A stretch of DNA of 64,000 nt from Chiloscyllium plagiosum (Eukaryota): positions 2,121,803-2,185,802 of the forward strand of contig NC_057755.1 of the NCBI RefSeq assembly GCF_004010195.1, given 5' to 3'. Positions 26,434 to 39,060 of this stretch are shown piece by piece. A program made the translations under genes and the position numbers. How positions within the stretch are numbered: the stretch's first letter is position 1; each line of letters opens with the position of its first letter. The notes under the pieces were generated by a model. The model made no database searches. It was not told the DNA's origin and saw only the letters and a list, made by a program, of their open reading frames with translations.

Positions 26434-26713
26434 TTCTGGATTAGTGGTGCTGGAAGAGCACAGCAGTTCAGCCAGCATCCGAGGAGCAATAAAATCGTCG
26501 TTTCGAGCAAAAGTCCTTCATCAGGAAAAAGGCAGAGAGCCTGAAGGGCGGAGAGCCTCTCCATCCTTCAGGTTCTCTGCCTGTATTCCTGATGAAGGGC
26601 TTTTGCCCGAAACGTCGATTTTACTGCTCCTCAGATGCTGCCTGAACCTTAGTGCTCTTCCAGCACCACTAATCCAGAATCTAGTTTCCAACATCTGCAG
26701 TCATTGTTTTTAC
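26434..26713. mobile_element. Penelope-derived short element with two inverted hammerhead-bearing arms
   Basis: Perfect 12-bp TSD CATTGCTGTAAA (26422-26433 and 26714-26725). Inverted arms, 3' end CAGTCATTGTTTTTAC. Confidence 0.85.
26589..26616 (+). ncRNA. Minimal hammerhead ribozyme core
   Basis: CUGAUGA-A-GGGC-UUUU-GCCC-GAAAC-GUC, identical to the minus-strand core at 10894-10921. Confidence 0.65.
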
Positions 26714-27499
26714 CATTGCTGTAAAATGTTGCTGAAGGAATGTGTAACTTGGAGAAGAATCATAGCTGTCTTAGCTTTGAAACAATTGTCTCCCCTCGTC
26801 CACACCTTCAACCCGCACCTCCATCTCCACGCCCTGCCCATCCCCACCTCCTGCCCCCATCCCGTTGAGGAAGTTGAAAACTGCAAATTGAAGATCCAGT
26901 GGCAGAAGTCCTGTTTGAGGATTCGTCAGATCGGTGCTTCCTCCAGAGGGATCACATTGAGGCATTTACCACAGGATCTACTCAGTGGGCCCATCTGATA
27001 AATTCACTCTAAGTTTGGATTTACTCTCTGCAATCCTGTTTTTAATTAATATATCGTGTTCCAGATTAACTGTTCCTGTTTGGAATGCAACCCGGTGATT
27101 TTAACCTGAAATAACACCCGGGTGAGAGCAGGTTGTCGTTATTTGACACCGTTATATATCACTGGCTCATTGCCTGATAAGCAACAACATCAGAGATGAA
27201 ATGATAAATTCCAATTGTGTAAAGACCTGAATTTATTATTTTGATAATGCCAGTGGTTCAGGGAACGTGATAAATTTAACTGTAAAATGAAATGGCCTGA
27301 GACAAGCATTTTATTTCATTGCATTAAGGATCAGATGGCGCATGTTCCCCATCACTCTCTGACTCTTCATCTTTGACACTGAATGACGGAAGCGTAGAGA
27401 GAGAGAGAGACAGGGAGAGGGAGAGAGAGAGAGAAAAAAAGTGAAAAACAGAGGGAGAGAGAAGCAAGTGAGGGATGAAAGAGAGACGGTGATGGGGAG

Positions 27500-27900
27500 A
27501 GACACATGATCTACAGATGCTGCATAGTCAATATTGGAATTCTCAATGAATGGAAGGATACGAGGATGCTTCAAGGAACAGAGGGATCTCAGGGAGGTTG
27601 TCCGAAGTTCCCTGAAAGCAGCAGGCAGGGCAGATCAATAGGATAGCTAAGGGATCAGTGCTGGGACCACATTAGTTTACAACATACATCAATGGCTTGG
27701 ATTCGAGAAGCGAAAGAACTCCAGACAAGTTTGTAGGTGGTGCGAAACTACGTTGATAGGCAACTGCTGGGGGTGACACAAAGAGTGTGTGAGGGATATA
27801 AACAGGTTACGTGAGTGGATAAGCACTTGTCAATAGAATATTACGTGGGAAAGTATAAGGTTATACACTTTCGCAGGAAGGACAACGGAGCAGAATAGAA
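27500..27900 (+). mobile_element. Old CR1 fragments
   Basis: GGATCAGTGCTGGGACCA..TTTACAA.ATACATCAAT (GSVLGP.FT.YIN) and GAACAGAGGGATCT segments. Confidence 0.6.
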
Positions 27901-28189
27901 TGTCTTGAAGGGACATGCTGATGAAATCATCCAATTATCCTCGACTTGGGCCTGAGGATACAGAGGTCTCATGTTCTGTCTTGCAAGACGTTCTGGTGTA
28001 CGGTAATGAAACATCTGGAAATGAACCTTTCAAATCAGCGACATGAAAAACAAAGGGTGAGTTTCAAGTTTTCTCAGCTATTTCTCAAATTCATATTGCT
28101 GTTGAAAGAATGTGTCTGATACCTCATTTATCTGACTCAGCTTCATCTTCTGAAATAGTTCCTATTGGCCAGTTGTCCATGTGTATTGC

Positions 28190-29030
28190 ATCCTGCAGAT
28201 TGAACTGCAGTGAAATGAGAATCTGTTCGAATAAAGTCCGCCTGACCAGGCAGCATCTGTGTCGAGAGGAACAGAGTTAGTGCTTGGAGACTGTAAGCTT
28301 TTATTAGAACAAGGAACAGTTGGACATGTAACAGGATTGACGAAGGGCTGGATGTGAAAATGTCAAAAGGAAGGTATGTGATCGGGGTGGAGACGGGGGG
28401 ATTGACTGACAGAAGAGTGAGGAGAAAGTGAGGTCTGCAGATGCTGGAGATCAGAGCTGGAAATGTGTTGCTGGAAAAGCGCAGCAGGTCAGGCAGCATC
28501 CAGGGAACAGGAGAATCGACGATTCGGGCATAAGCCCTTCTTCAGACTTATGCCCGAAATGTCGATTCTCCTGTTCCCTGGATGCTGCCTGACCTGCTGC
28601 GCTTTTCCAGCAACACATTTTCAGCTCTGTTCTCCAGCATCTGCAGACCTCACTTTCTCCTCCATCACTAACAGGTGGGTTGTTACAAAGGCTCAGACAG
28701 AAGAGTGAGCCTTCCTGGGTCAAAGGGAATGGTGATGGGGCAAGAAAAGGTACATAGAAACTGAGGATGTTCCTAGAGGAGATGGGCTGCTGACTGAAGG
28801 GAACCAAACAAAAACAATTGGAGACAAGACGTTGCTGTCAGAGTTGTTGAACCCAGTTTTGATCAAGAAGTTATAAAATTGCAAGGTGAGGGACTTTTTC
28901 TGAAATTTACTTTGAGCAACACTAGAACGGTGCAGTATATCAAGATCGGAAATTTCAGCATGAGAGCAAGGTGGAGAATTAAAATGACAGGCGATTTTCA
29001 AAGCGTCTCTTCCCACTGGTGAAGAGCTAA
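28190..29030 (-). mobile_element. Decayed Penelope-like fragment hosting the palindromic insert
   Basis: Minus frame LKIACHFNSPPCSHAEISDLDILH.SS.AQ, homologous to the GIY-YIG tail at 1-372. Confidence 0.5.
28420..28661. repeat. Near-perfect 242-bp palindrome made of two inverted Penelope-derived arms
   Basis: AGGAGAAAGTGAGGTCTGCAGATGCTGGAG ... CTCCAGCATCTGCAGACCTCACTTTCTCCT. The centre lies within the hammerhead-like segment. Confidence 0.9.
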
Positions 29031-29055
29031 TATTGTCCAGATATAACAGCAATTC

Positions 29056-29325
29056 GGGGTGGTACTGTGACTCAGTGGTTCGCATTGCTGCCTCACGGTT
29101 CAAAGGTCCTGAATTCAATTCCAATGATGAGATACTGTCTATGTGGAGTTTGCACAGTCTCCCAGTGTCTGCGTAGGTTTCCTCTGTGTGCTCCGGTTTC
29201 CTCTCATTGTCTAAAGATATGCAGGTTAGGTGAATTAGCCACAGTTGAATGTTCAAGAATGTGCAGGTGAAGGTCTGTGAGGACTCGATGGACCTCTTTC
29301 TTCACTGCAGGGACTCTATGATTAC
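29056..29325 (+). mobile_element. HE1-like SINE, diverged
   Basis: GGGGTGGTACTGTGACTCAGTGGTT.GCATTGCTGCCTCAC, GTGGAGTTTGCACA.TCTCCC, tail CTCTATGATT. Confidence 0.8.
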
Positions 29326-29339
29326 ATGCGTAATGGAAG

Positions 29340-29970
29340 AAGTAGTAGGCCAAGAAGTTAGTGCCTAATCAGGGTAACCACTGTGATGGGGAAGTTATCA
29401 GAAATAATATGCATCAAATCGCACGTTAAGCAATGATAGCAGCAACAAAATATGAAGGGAAGGTTGTGTTTGACAAACGTGAGGAGGAAACCAAAATTGT
29501 TGATGCATTTGATTTAACCTACATGGGTTTTATCAAACTTCTGATAAATTCCTTCATTGAAAAAACACCCAAGATATGCAAGGCAAAATTACAAAATAGG
29601 TTATGAGGCAGGAAACAGAGGAAGATGGTCGAAAGATATTTTTTATGACATGAAGTCTGCTTTCAGTGGGATTGTACAGAGCGTGATTCAAAGGCCCTTG
29701 CTATTTATGGTAGATTTTCAGGATTTGGAAATAAGTCAGCTGATATGATCAAGACGTTTGTATATGAGATAAAAATTGGTCGGACGATCATGAGTGAGAG
29801 GGAGGATGTAAACTGGAAGAGACGATGGACAGGTAGGTCAGCTCTGCAGTGCAATGGTAAATGGAATTCAACTTGGTAAATAGTGTGAGGGTATATACTT
29901 GGGGACGGCTAACAAGGATGACATTATGGACAATATGATGATAGAAAGTAGTGAAGGTCAGTTGGTATTG
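29340..29970 (+). mobile_element. Highly decayed CR1 RT fragment
   Basis: Remnants of GGAAGGTTGTGTTTGACAAAC, GGAAACAGAGG..ATGGT and GG.AAATGGAATTCAA. Confidence 0.55.
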
Positions 29971-31186
29971 TAAGAAACAAACTCAATAAAATTTTAGACG
30001 AAACCAACAAATCTGGAAACAAGACAATTTATTACGAACTTGCAAGTACGGGCTGCAACTGCACAAAGCAATTGAGTGAATTAGGCTTGGGTTAGTTACC
30101 TTTGAGCTGAGTGAGGTCACTTCTCCAGATTCCTAATTACCCAATCTCTCTTACTAGGCTATACAACTGCCCATCTTCTCTCCACCCTTGTTACTTCCCC
30201 TTCCCCATGTTGGCAACCTTCATCCCTGTTAGTGCTGACATTTTCATTATTTTGTCGTTAGTACATCAAGGTATAATTTAACATGTTGTATCAATACTGC
30301 TGGGACATTCTATTCCCCGTACAACTCATCAATTTTTTATCATTTTTGTACAGCTCAGGCATTTTAGTTATCTCAGTTTTTTTTTGCTGAAAATTTATTT
30401 TAAACAATTTAACTTGACTCCAGAATTAGTATTTAATTAACCATAATCAAAAGATACTCTGCACTAAGTACCTGCAGAGTTAATAGTTTTTCTGCTGGAC
30501 CCCTTTTCTTTATGTTTTTATATATCTGCAAAAACAACGCTTCCAGTATTTGGTATATAAGTCCATAGATCCCTGTAGGGAGAGGGCAGGTATACCCCTC
30601 CATATCACTGTTTTCGTTTCCAATCCCAAAACCTTTCCTATCTCTGTATCCACTACATACCTCCCTCCCTATTCCTTACAGCAATTTCCTCCCTTCCTAT
30701 CTCCTTCTCCAGCAACGTCGGGGTTAGTGAGGTGAGGACGTGAAGTTTCAGACTCAGTTCTAAGTTGCAAAGTTCAAAAAATTCTAAACGCCCACAGAAT
30801 AAGTCCCTGAACATTAATTTTCCAGATAGTGCAAGAGGAAGAATTTTAGATTAACATTTCAAACCTCACTATCTTCTTCCTGATTACCTCCCTGGTGGTC
30901 TTTTCACAGCGTTGTGTTGTGTAAAATGAAGCAGTTTTCATCCTCTCTCTAATCACTCTCACTCCCAGACTGATCAGCCTGAGACACAATCAGTGCAGTG
31001 ACCTTGCCATCCCTGGGTTTCCTCGTGCAGCCTCATGCCTCACACAAAGCCAGGTTGCAAACCGATTGTGATGTCAGGTCTTTCCCTGTGTTGTACACGG
31101 TGAGGTCACACTTTGACCTGTCCAGTACAAGGGGCCTGACTGCGATCAAACAGGGAGTCACTGAAATCCTCACTGTCATTTTCCAG

Positions 31187-31275
31187 AATGCACAAAGCTC
31201 TTCCAGACATTGACAGTAGAGTGTACCCGTGCTGGGCAGTGATGGGATTGCAAGGATTATTTGCACTTTCTCTTG
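31187..31275 (+). other. Orphan exon-like segment resembling GPCR exon 1
   Basis: TTTTCCAG acceptor, ATG at 31188, GTAAGT donor at 31276 (phase 1). Peptide MHKALPDIDSRVYPCWAVMGLQG aligns without gaps to exon 1 of both GPCR copies at M1, H2, V18 or equivalent, G20 and the 23rd codon's G. Confidence 0.35.
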
Positions 31276-31350
31276 GTAAGTCTTTTTTTCTGTGGGTTAC
31301 TCAGTGGCATCAGCATGGCAATGAGGGATGTGGGGAATGGCTGCAGATTC

Positions 31351-31850
31351 NNNNNNNNNNNNNNNNNNNNNNNNNNNNNNNNNNNNNNNNNNNNNNNNNN
31401 NNNNNNNNNNNNNNNNNNNNNNNNNNNNNNNNNNNNNNNNNNNNNNNNNNNNNNNNNNNNNNNNNNNNNNNNNNNNNNNNNNNNNNNNNNNNNNNNNNNN
31501 NNNNNNNNNNNNNNNNNNNNNNNNNNNNNNNNNNNNNNNNNNNNNNNNNNNNNNNNNNNNNNNNNNNNNNNNNNNNNNNNNNNNNNNNNNNNNNNNNNNN
31601 NNNNNNNNNNNNNNNNNNNNNNNNNNNNNNNNNNNNNNNNNNNNNNNNNNNNNNNNNNNNNNNNNNNNNNNNNNNNNNNNNNNNNNNNNNNNNNNNNNNN
31701 NNNNNNNNNNNNNNNNNNNNNNNNNNNNNNNNNNNNNNNNNNNNNNNNNNNNNNNNNNNNNNNNNNNNNNNNNNNNNNNNNNNNNNNNNNNNNNNNNNNN
31801 NNNNNNNNNNNNNNNNNNNNNNNNNNNNNNNNNNNNNNNNNNNNNNNNNN
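31351..31850. other. Assembly gap (N run)
   Basis: Run of N. Confidence 1.
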
Positions 31851-33959
31851 CCAGAAGACATCGGATGTTGTCTGAATTCTGCTGCACTGCTGTGCATGAT
31901 GGAGACATGTAACCCTTGACTTATTGAGTACTGGACTGTGATAGGACGAGTTCCCAACATGTGATATCAATGTATGCAGTTCACTTTGCCAAACGAACGC
32001 TGTGGTGTGATTCGTCAACTGACAAAAGGAAGAAACTTGTCTGTAGCTCACAGGCTCCCTGAATTTTCCAGTGATTGACTGTAATGCTGTGTACTATTGA
32101 TCCAGATCTCCAGGAATCACTGAGTGTCGGTATCACTGATCGTAGGATTGTACTGAATGGGGATCACAAACCTCAGGCTGGACCCTCTGATCGCTGTCGT
32201 CTCATGTTACTGGGAGAATGTGTCACTGTAGAATTGTACAGAGCGTAGGTAACTGCTCACATAGGAACTTCTGACCCAGTATTCTTGTTTTGCTGGGTTT
32301 CTGTAAATGCAACATTGTAAGTATGGAGCACTAACAGGTGACTCCAATCTCAAGTATTACTGAGGATGTCGAACTGGAGAACTGCAATGCACCAGGGCGA
32401 ACAACCTGAAAGGAACACTCGATTCCAGTGGCAAAGTGATTCAGTGATCATCTTTCAATTAGAATTTTACTGAGAGTGAGCTCCGAACCAAAGGGGAACA
32501 ACTAACCCCAGTGTCTACATGTTACTGGAAACATCTCTCAAAATGAAATTACACTGAGTGTGGATTTACTAACTGGAGGGGGACAAATTACCCCAGTGGT
32601 CTTGCATAAGAAGACATATCTCTGACTGTAGAATTTAATAGATTGTGCGGAATAGAATGAAATGGAATATCTGACTGCAGTGGTAACTAGGACCATAACG
32701 ATATGAAGCATGTGATTCTTCATTTATATTACTTTCCTTATTTTTCTTTGCCCACTGATGGAGCTGTCAATGTAGTTAGTTAGTCTACATTGGATTGCAA
32801 GTGGGACCTTCTTTCCAACTGGTTGCATATTTTTGATGCTAAGCTTACAAAGTGAAATGCCCAGTGAGATTTAACAGATCTGATATTTTTCGGGGTGAGA
32901 AAATGGCAGAGCAACAATGTTAAACAAAATACCCATCGACATATTACGTTGACCCGAATAATCATTTTGCTACTGATTACTCTTCCAACAAGGTTAGAAC
33001 AAGTTGTGGAACGTGGCCAGTCTAATTTATCATCTATACATTAATGAGGATGGATACGGAGCTGGAAATATTGCCACAGTTTCACATCTACTTCTGATTA
33101 GATTTCGATTAACAATTTTTGAATCTGTAATTTACGACCTACCCACAGCTTTCCAGTGATCCCTGCCTTTCACTTTGTCATGTGTGCCCTCCTTGGGAGG
33201 AAGAAGTTTTGATGAGGGCCATACATCAATCAATTTTCAGTAACATATAAAAATTAAGAAATGTTAATAGTAGTCTGGATAAAGATGTCTTTTCTAAAAA
33301 AAAATTAACTTCAGTGCCTTGCAATACTATGAGTAAGGTTAATACTTAGGTTAGTCATCATGGCATAAAATTAACAGGACAGAATACAGAACATTCAACA
33401 TGGCGCTTTGATATACCAGACAAGCCTCTCCCGTTACCAAGGGTTCGAACCCTGAATTAATATTCCACACTAATTAACTCCAGTTGTCGTCTGTACCAGT
33501 AATGGAAATACCATTTACATATTTGTACCACAAAGTCCTTTATACTCTCCATGCATCAACATACTCTATGAAATTTATACAGCTCACAAATCCAATTTCC
33601 AGAGCTGTGAGCATTTTTCTTCTTTTCGTGTCATAATGGCAAACAGTTTGACTTTACCAGGAGCCTAACCCTGTCTCTCCATGGTTGTTTTTTGTATCAT
33701 TGCCTCTGACCTTCCAACACAAACACTTGTTAACTCTGTAGTGCGCCAAGCTCAAAATAATTTCACTTGCATTTACAGAAGCACTGACTTGTGTTCTTGT
33801 ATCAGTTGTGCCTGCTTTTACAGTTAAAGTTTAGTTCCGAAAAGAAATGTTCAGCTCTTAAACATATAAATTATGAACTCATATTCACAATAAAGAGCAT
33901 ATGAAAAACTGGGGTCAATGAGATTACAGCTCTGTTTTGTTTCATCTTGAATACAAGTA

Positions 33960-36350
33960 AAGATGGTTATGGCTATTGGAGGTCAATCATCTCAGCCATC
34001 GGACATCTTTGCAGCAGTTCGTCAGATTCATAACCGAGGATTTAAAATCTGAATATTCATTAACAACGCTCAAATTGGAGATGCTTTTTTTGTAAATGCA
34101 CAATATTCAGCACCATTTACAATTCCTTAGATAAAGAAGAGATCTGTGAGATAGCATCTAGCTTGGGTCACAATTGACAAGTAACGTTCACATCCTACAA
34201 GCACCAGGGAAAGACCATCTCAAAATGAGAGAATTTACTATTCTCTCATTGGCTGACTATGACATCACCATCACTAAATACATGGCTCTCAACGATATGG
34301 GCAAACCATTGACTAGAAAATGTCCTGATCCAGCCTTGCAATTGCTGTGGCCACAGGAGTATGTCAGACACTCTGATTACTGTGGCAATCAGCTCCCCGC
34401 CTGCCTCTCCAGTCCATGTCCACCATACAGGAAGTACAGCTCAGGGCTGGGATGGAATGCTATCCATGTATCTGTCTGAGAGCAGCTCAAATACAACACT
34501 GAGGGTAACACTCACAAAGCTCCACATCGTCAGGATAATCAGCTGATTGATTAGCATGCCAAACACAACTCGGCACTCACTTCCATCACTAATGATGCGT
34601 ACGACTAGAATTGAATATAGTGTGGTATGTAAGTCACTACAAGTTCATTTTAATTTAGCAACATATTCAGAAATCTCACAGGGAATCAAATTTGTAGTGG
34701 GGTGTAGATCCTTGAAGTAGGTGGCCAAATGTCTAGCAGATAGAGTACAATGCTGATAAATGTGAAGTCATCCATCTAGGTAGGAATAATGTTAAATAGG
34801 ACTATTATTTGAACGGCAAAACATTGCAGCGTGGTGCTGTGCAGAGGGACTTGGGTGTCCTTTTGCATGAATCGCAGGAAGTTGGTGTGCAGGTGAAACT
34901 GATAATTAAGAAGGCAAATCCAATTTTATGCTTCATTGCTACAGAGATTGAGTTAAAAACAGGGAGCTTATGTTGTAGCTGTAGAGGGTACTGCGTGCAG
35001 TTTTGGTCTCCTTACATGAGCAAAGATGCACTGGCGAGGGTGCAGAGGAGGTTCACTGGACTGTTTCCAAAGTTGATGGGGTTGGCTTATGAAGGAAAGT
35101 CTGAGAAAACTGGGATTATTATCATTGGAAAATAGAAGAATGGGAGGGATCTTATAGAAACATATATATTTATAGATAAGATCGAAGCAGGGAGGAAGTT
35201 TCCACTGGTGGGTGAAACTGGGATAAGAAGGCATAGCCTCAAAATTAGTGGGAGCTGATTTAGGACTAAAATCAGGTGGACATTTTTCACCAAACCCATT
35301 GTGAATCTGTGGAATTCCTAGCCCGGTGAAGTCATTGAGACGACCTCATTGAATATGTTTAACGCGAGGAAAGAGAATATTTGAACAGAAAAGGAACTGG
35401 GATTATGGTTAAAGGTATGGTAAGGGGAGCTGAGGCCATGAAAAGATCAGCCATGATCTTATTGACCTTCCCTCAATCATAATGTCATAAATCAGAATAA
35501 TAACTGTTCACTGATAAACACACAATGTTCAGCCGCATTCATACCTCCCCAGATACTCCATGTCGCAATGCAGCATGATCCTGGCAACTTCCAGCTCTGG
35601 GCTGACAAGTGGCAATTAATGTTTGTGCCCCAGACATGCCAAAAAATTCCCACCTCCAATAAGAGATCACCTAAATAATGCCTCTTTACATTCAGTGGCT
35701 TTGCTGATACTGAATCCCCTGCGATTAACAACCTGGGAGTTACTATTGCGCTGAAAATGATCTGGACTCACAATATATATATATATTGTGACTACACGCG
35801 CAGGTCATAAGGCAAGAACACTGCAGCAACTAATGCATCGCATGACGCTCAAAGTCTCTTCACCATCTACATGGCACTCATCAGGAAAGTGATAGCTGAT
35901 TCCTCAATTACCACCCCCTTGAGATTACCATTGACCGTAAACTAAACTGGACCATCCATGTAAATGCAGTGGTGACAAGGCAGGGCAGAAGCTAGGAATA
36001 CTGCAGGGAATAACTCATTCCTGAGTTCCATCTTTCCACCGTCTGCAAGGTCCAAGTCAGGACTGTGGTGGATCACAAGAAACTTCACCCTCTCCGGGAT
36101 AAAGCAGTTCACTTGACGGTCTCCACAACTATCTTATTTCCACCACTGACTCTCAGTAGCAGCAATATGTACCAACTACTAGATGCATTGCAGAAATTCA
36201 CCAAAGTTCCTCAAACAAAACCTTCCAAACCCACAATGATCTGGAAGGACACAAACAGCAGATACATGGGATCACCATGCACGACAAATTTTCTTCCAAG
36301 TCAATCATCATTTTTGTTTGGAAATATATCATCATTCTGTAAGTATCTCG
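33960..36350 (+). mobile_element. Cluster of decayed LINE fragments: a second CR1-group family, repeated, plus a CR1 3' piece at about 34700-35465
   Basis: Recurrent GACAAGTGGCAA.TAA..TT.G.GCC, ACCATTGACC..AAACT.AACTGGAC and TTCACCATCTACA segments. The CR1 piece gives QRDLGVLLHESQ and YCVQFWSPY, with tail CAGCCATGATCT. Confidence 0.6.
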
Positions 36351-37049
36351 ACTTCACAGCTCTTCATTCGAGATAAAAAAAAAGTCAACATCTCCACCTC
36401 CTGTTAGCCCAGTCCTGAAGAATGTCTACACCCAAAACATCGACTTCTCCACCTCCTGCTGCTACCTGGCTTGCTGTGTTCTTCCAGTCTCCTGCGTGTC
36501 TCTTTGACAGCCCCTCGTAACATGATTGTAAGTCTATCTATACAGCGCATAGACAACAACAGTTCAGGAAAGCAGCCCATCAACACATTCCCAACAGCCA
36601 CTAGAGAAGAGCAATAAATGCTGGCCCACTCAACGATGCCCCTGAATGGATTAGAATTCATTAAAAATGTTGCCCAATCATGACTCATGGTGGACACTGG
36701 GTTTGAGGTTTTGTGAGTGTAAGCTGGGTGGGCGCAGGTAGTCCCTTGTTGTGAAGAGCTGAAGAGATATGCTGTTTTGAATAATCTGTCAGTCTTTCAG
36801 AGGCACGGCCTACGTGCATACCATCACACAGAAACTGAGATTCATATCCCAGATCACTCACATGTGAGATAGATAGAACCAATTTAATATGTCCTCGTAT
36901 CTGTAATATTTGGAACAAAATTAAATTATTGTCATGAAAACAATTCGGTGTGAAATATTCTCATTCAAGGGAAAAATAATCGGATCGTTTCGAAGTGCTT
37001 GGGTTAAATAATAAATTCATCCTGGAAACGATAACCAGACTCATCATTT

Positions 37050-37600
37050 GTGCGCTATGTTTTCATTAGTTATGAGTCTGAAAATTGAACTAAACAAATG
37101 GATAGATTTGTTTATTGGACAATCAAGTGGCTATGATCAAACGATTTATGATCCTTAATAATGCCATTTTGCTGTGAATGATCAATACGGTATTGAAAAC
37201 ATCTTCATAAAATTTCAAGTTTGAGTCACACACTCAAGTTTGAGTTAGTTGGGATCATGCTGACCGTCAATGTGATACACAATTCTGTTTGGTCACTGGG
37301 ATTGTGGAGCTGACATGCACTGGATATTGCTGATGAGGGATTCAATGCAAGATGCCACATAATCCATCACTTTTCTAATACCTTCAAGACGGATCTGCTT
37401 CAAAGAGGAGGATTATGAAGCTTACGTGCCACACTCGATGTCATCAACATGGACGAAATAACAAGACATGGTCATTGGCAGCTCATTTGTATAAATGGTG
37501 AAAATTGCAATGAACATTGTGCTAGTCCATTGGCCGATCTGCTCCATGCACAGCCCCCTTGTTCAAGGACGAGTCTAAATTTTCTGTTGTAAGGAAACGT
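37050..37600 (-). mobile_element. Ancient Ingi/Vingi-like LINE RT fragment
   Basis: Minus strand F.IYTNELPMTMSCYFVHVDDIECGT followed by QLHNPSDQTELCIT and QHDPN, resembling Vingi LFNLYTNDLP.T.SR.F.YADDIC..Q ... LHN..A..EL. Confidence 0.4.
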
Positions 37601-38649
37601 TTCAAGAACTGTCCAGATCCCGTTTGGGAGTTGATGGAGATATTTAGGAGTTAATCACTCTTTAGTGGAGGTGTCAGAGTGGTCCAGCAAGACTATATGT
37701 CCATTTCGATCATATTTTTGATGTATACGGCAGTGCAAAGATCATGCGTTTACTCATCAGAACATGAATTTGCTGTTTACTGTGGTTATTTAACAGAGCA
37801 ATAATCAGCTGGTTACTACAGTTACTAAATTTAGCAATAATTAGGTGTGCATTCCGATTATTGAAGTGAATAATCTACAACTGAAAAAACGTTTAGTTTG
37901 GCTTGATTTTAAGATTCAAAGAAATTAAGAGAGGTTAACTCTTTATTGTATAAATTTTAAAACTGACCTGCAGTATATTTCTCACAGACTAATCCAGCAA
38001 CAATTGAACATAGTCACGCTCACTGAATCCCACTTTCCAGACAATGTCTCAGATAACGCTCTGATCATCTCAGGGCAGGCCCTGCCCAACTAGCAGGACA
38101 GAGCCAGCAGAGGGAGCAGACACGTGGGATACACTCAATGGGGGTGGGAGTGGGGTGGGAGTGGGGTGGGGGTGGGGGTACCCAGGACGTGCTCAGCATT
38201 GATGCATGTTCCCATGAAGCCTCATCGCATCAGGTTCAACACAGACACAGCAACATTCCACTGATTATCAATTACACATGCCTTGAATTTCCCGATTTGA
38301 ACACAACATTTAAGGTGGAAAGGACAGAGAATGGACTCTGTGTGGGTGGCTTCAGTGTCCATCACCAAGACAGGCTCAGCAGCACCACTTGCTGACTGAG
38401 CTGGAACAGTGTAAACGGCATTGTCACCAATATGCCTGCCACACATTTTATAGACACTGTATCGTGAGGTCTGGTACTGTCTCTGTGTGAAATGGAGGAG
38501 ACTTCAAACATATCGACCAATTTATAACGAGGTGTCCATGAAGTTCAGTAAACCATCAGCATCAGGATTAGACCTTGTACAGGCAATCATAGACTTATCT
38601 ACCCGACATATCTGACTGGACTGTTTGAGTTAAAGGGAGAGATCGGACT

Positions 38650-39060
38650 CTGGAGTGTCAGAGGCTGAGGGAAAAATTTATAGAGGTTCATGAAATCATG
38701 AGGGGCATGGATAGAGTGAACAACCAAGGTTTCCACAGGATTACAGAGTCGAAAGCTAAAGGGCATGGATTTATACTGAGAGAGGAAAGATTTCAAAGCG
38801 ACCTGAGGGGCAATTCCTTCATGCAGAGGGTGATGTATGTGTGGAACAAAGTCATTTGGGTGAATACATAAATAGAAAGGGTTTGGAGCGATATCGGTCA
38901 GGAGCAAGCGGGTGGGACCAGTTTACTTTGGGAGTATGTTCAGCTTGGACTGTTTGGACTGTTTCCGTGCTGTATGACCCTATGGCTCTATGGTGGAAGC
39001 TGGTACAATTACAACATTGAAAAGGCATCTGGGTGAGTATATGAATAGGAAGTTTTCAGA
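38650..39060 (+). mobile_element. CR1 3' fragment
   Basis: AGAGGCTGAGGG..ATAGAGGTT.ATGAAATCATGAGGGGCATGGATAG, with tail CTATGGCTCTATG. Confidence 0.75.

Noticed and set aside
26870..27000. Exon-like unique sequence
   Set aside because: No recognisable protein in any frame and no convincing splice-site pair.
31188..32051. Long ORFs in the ORF track (also 5177-5728)
   Set aside because: They are artefacts of translating through N gaps.
33442..33453. Perfect B-box-like GGTTCGAACCC
   Set aside because: No A box or cloverleaf nearby, so no tRNA can be supported.
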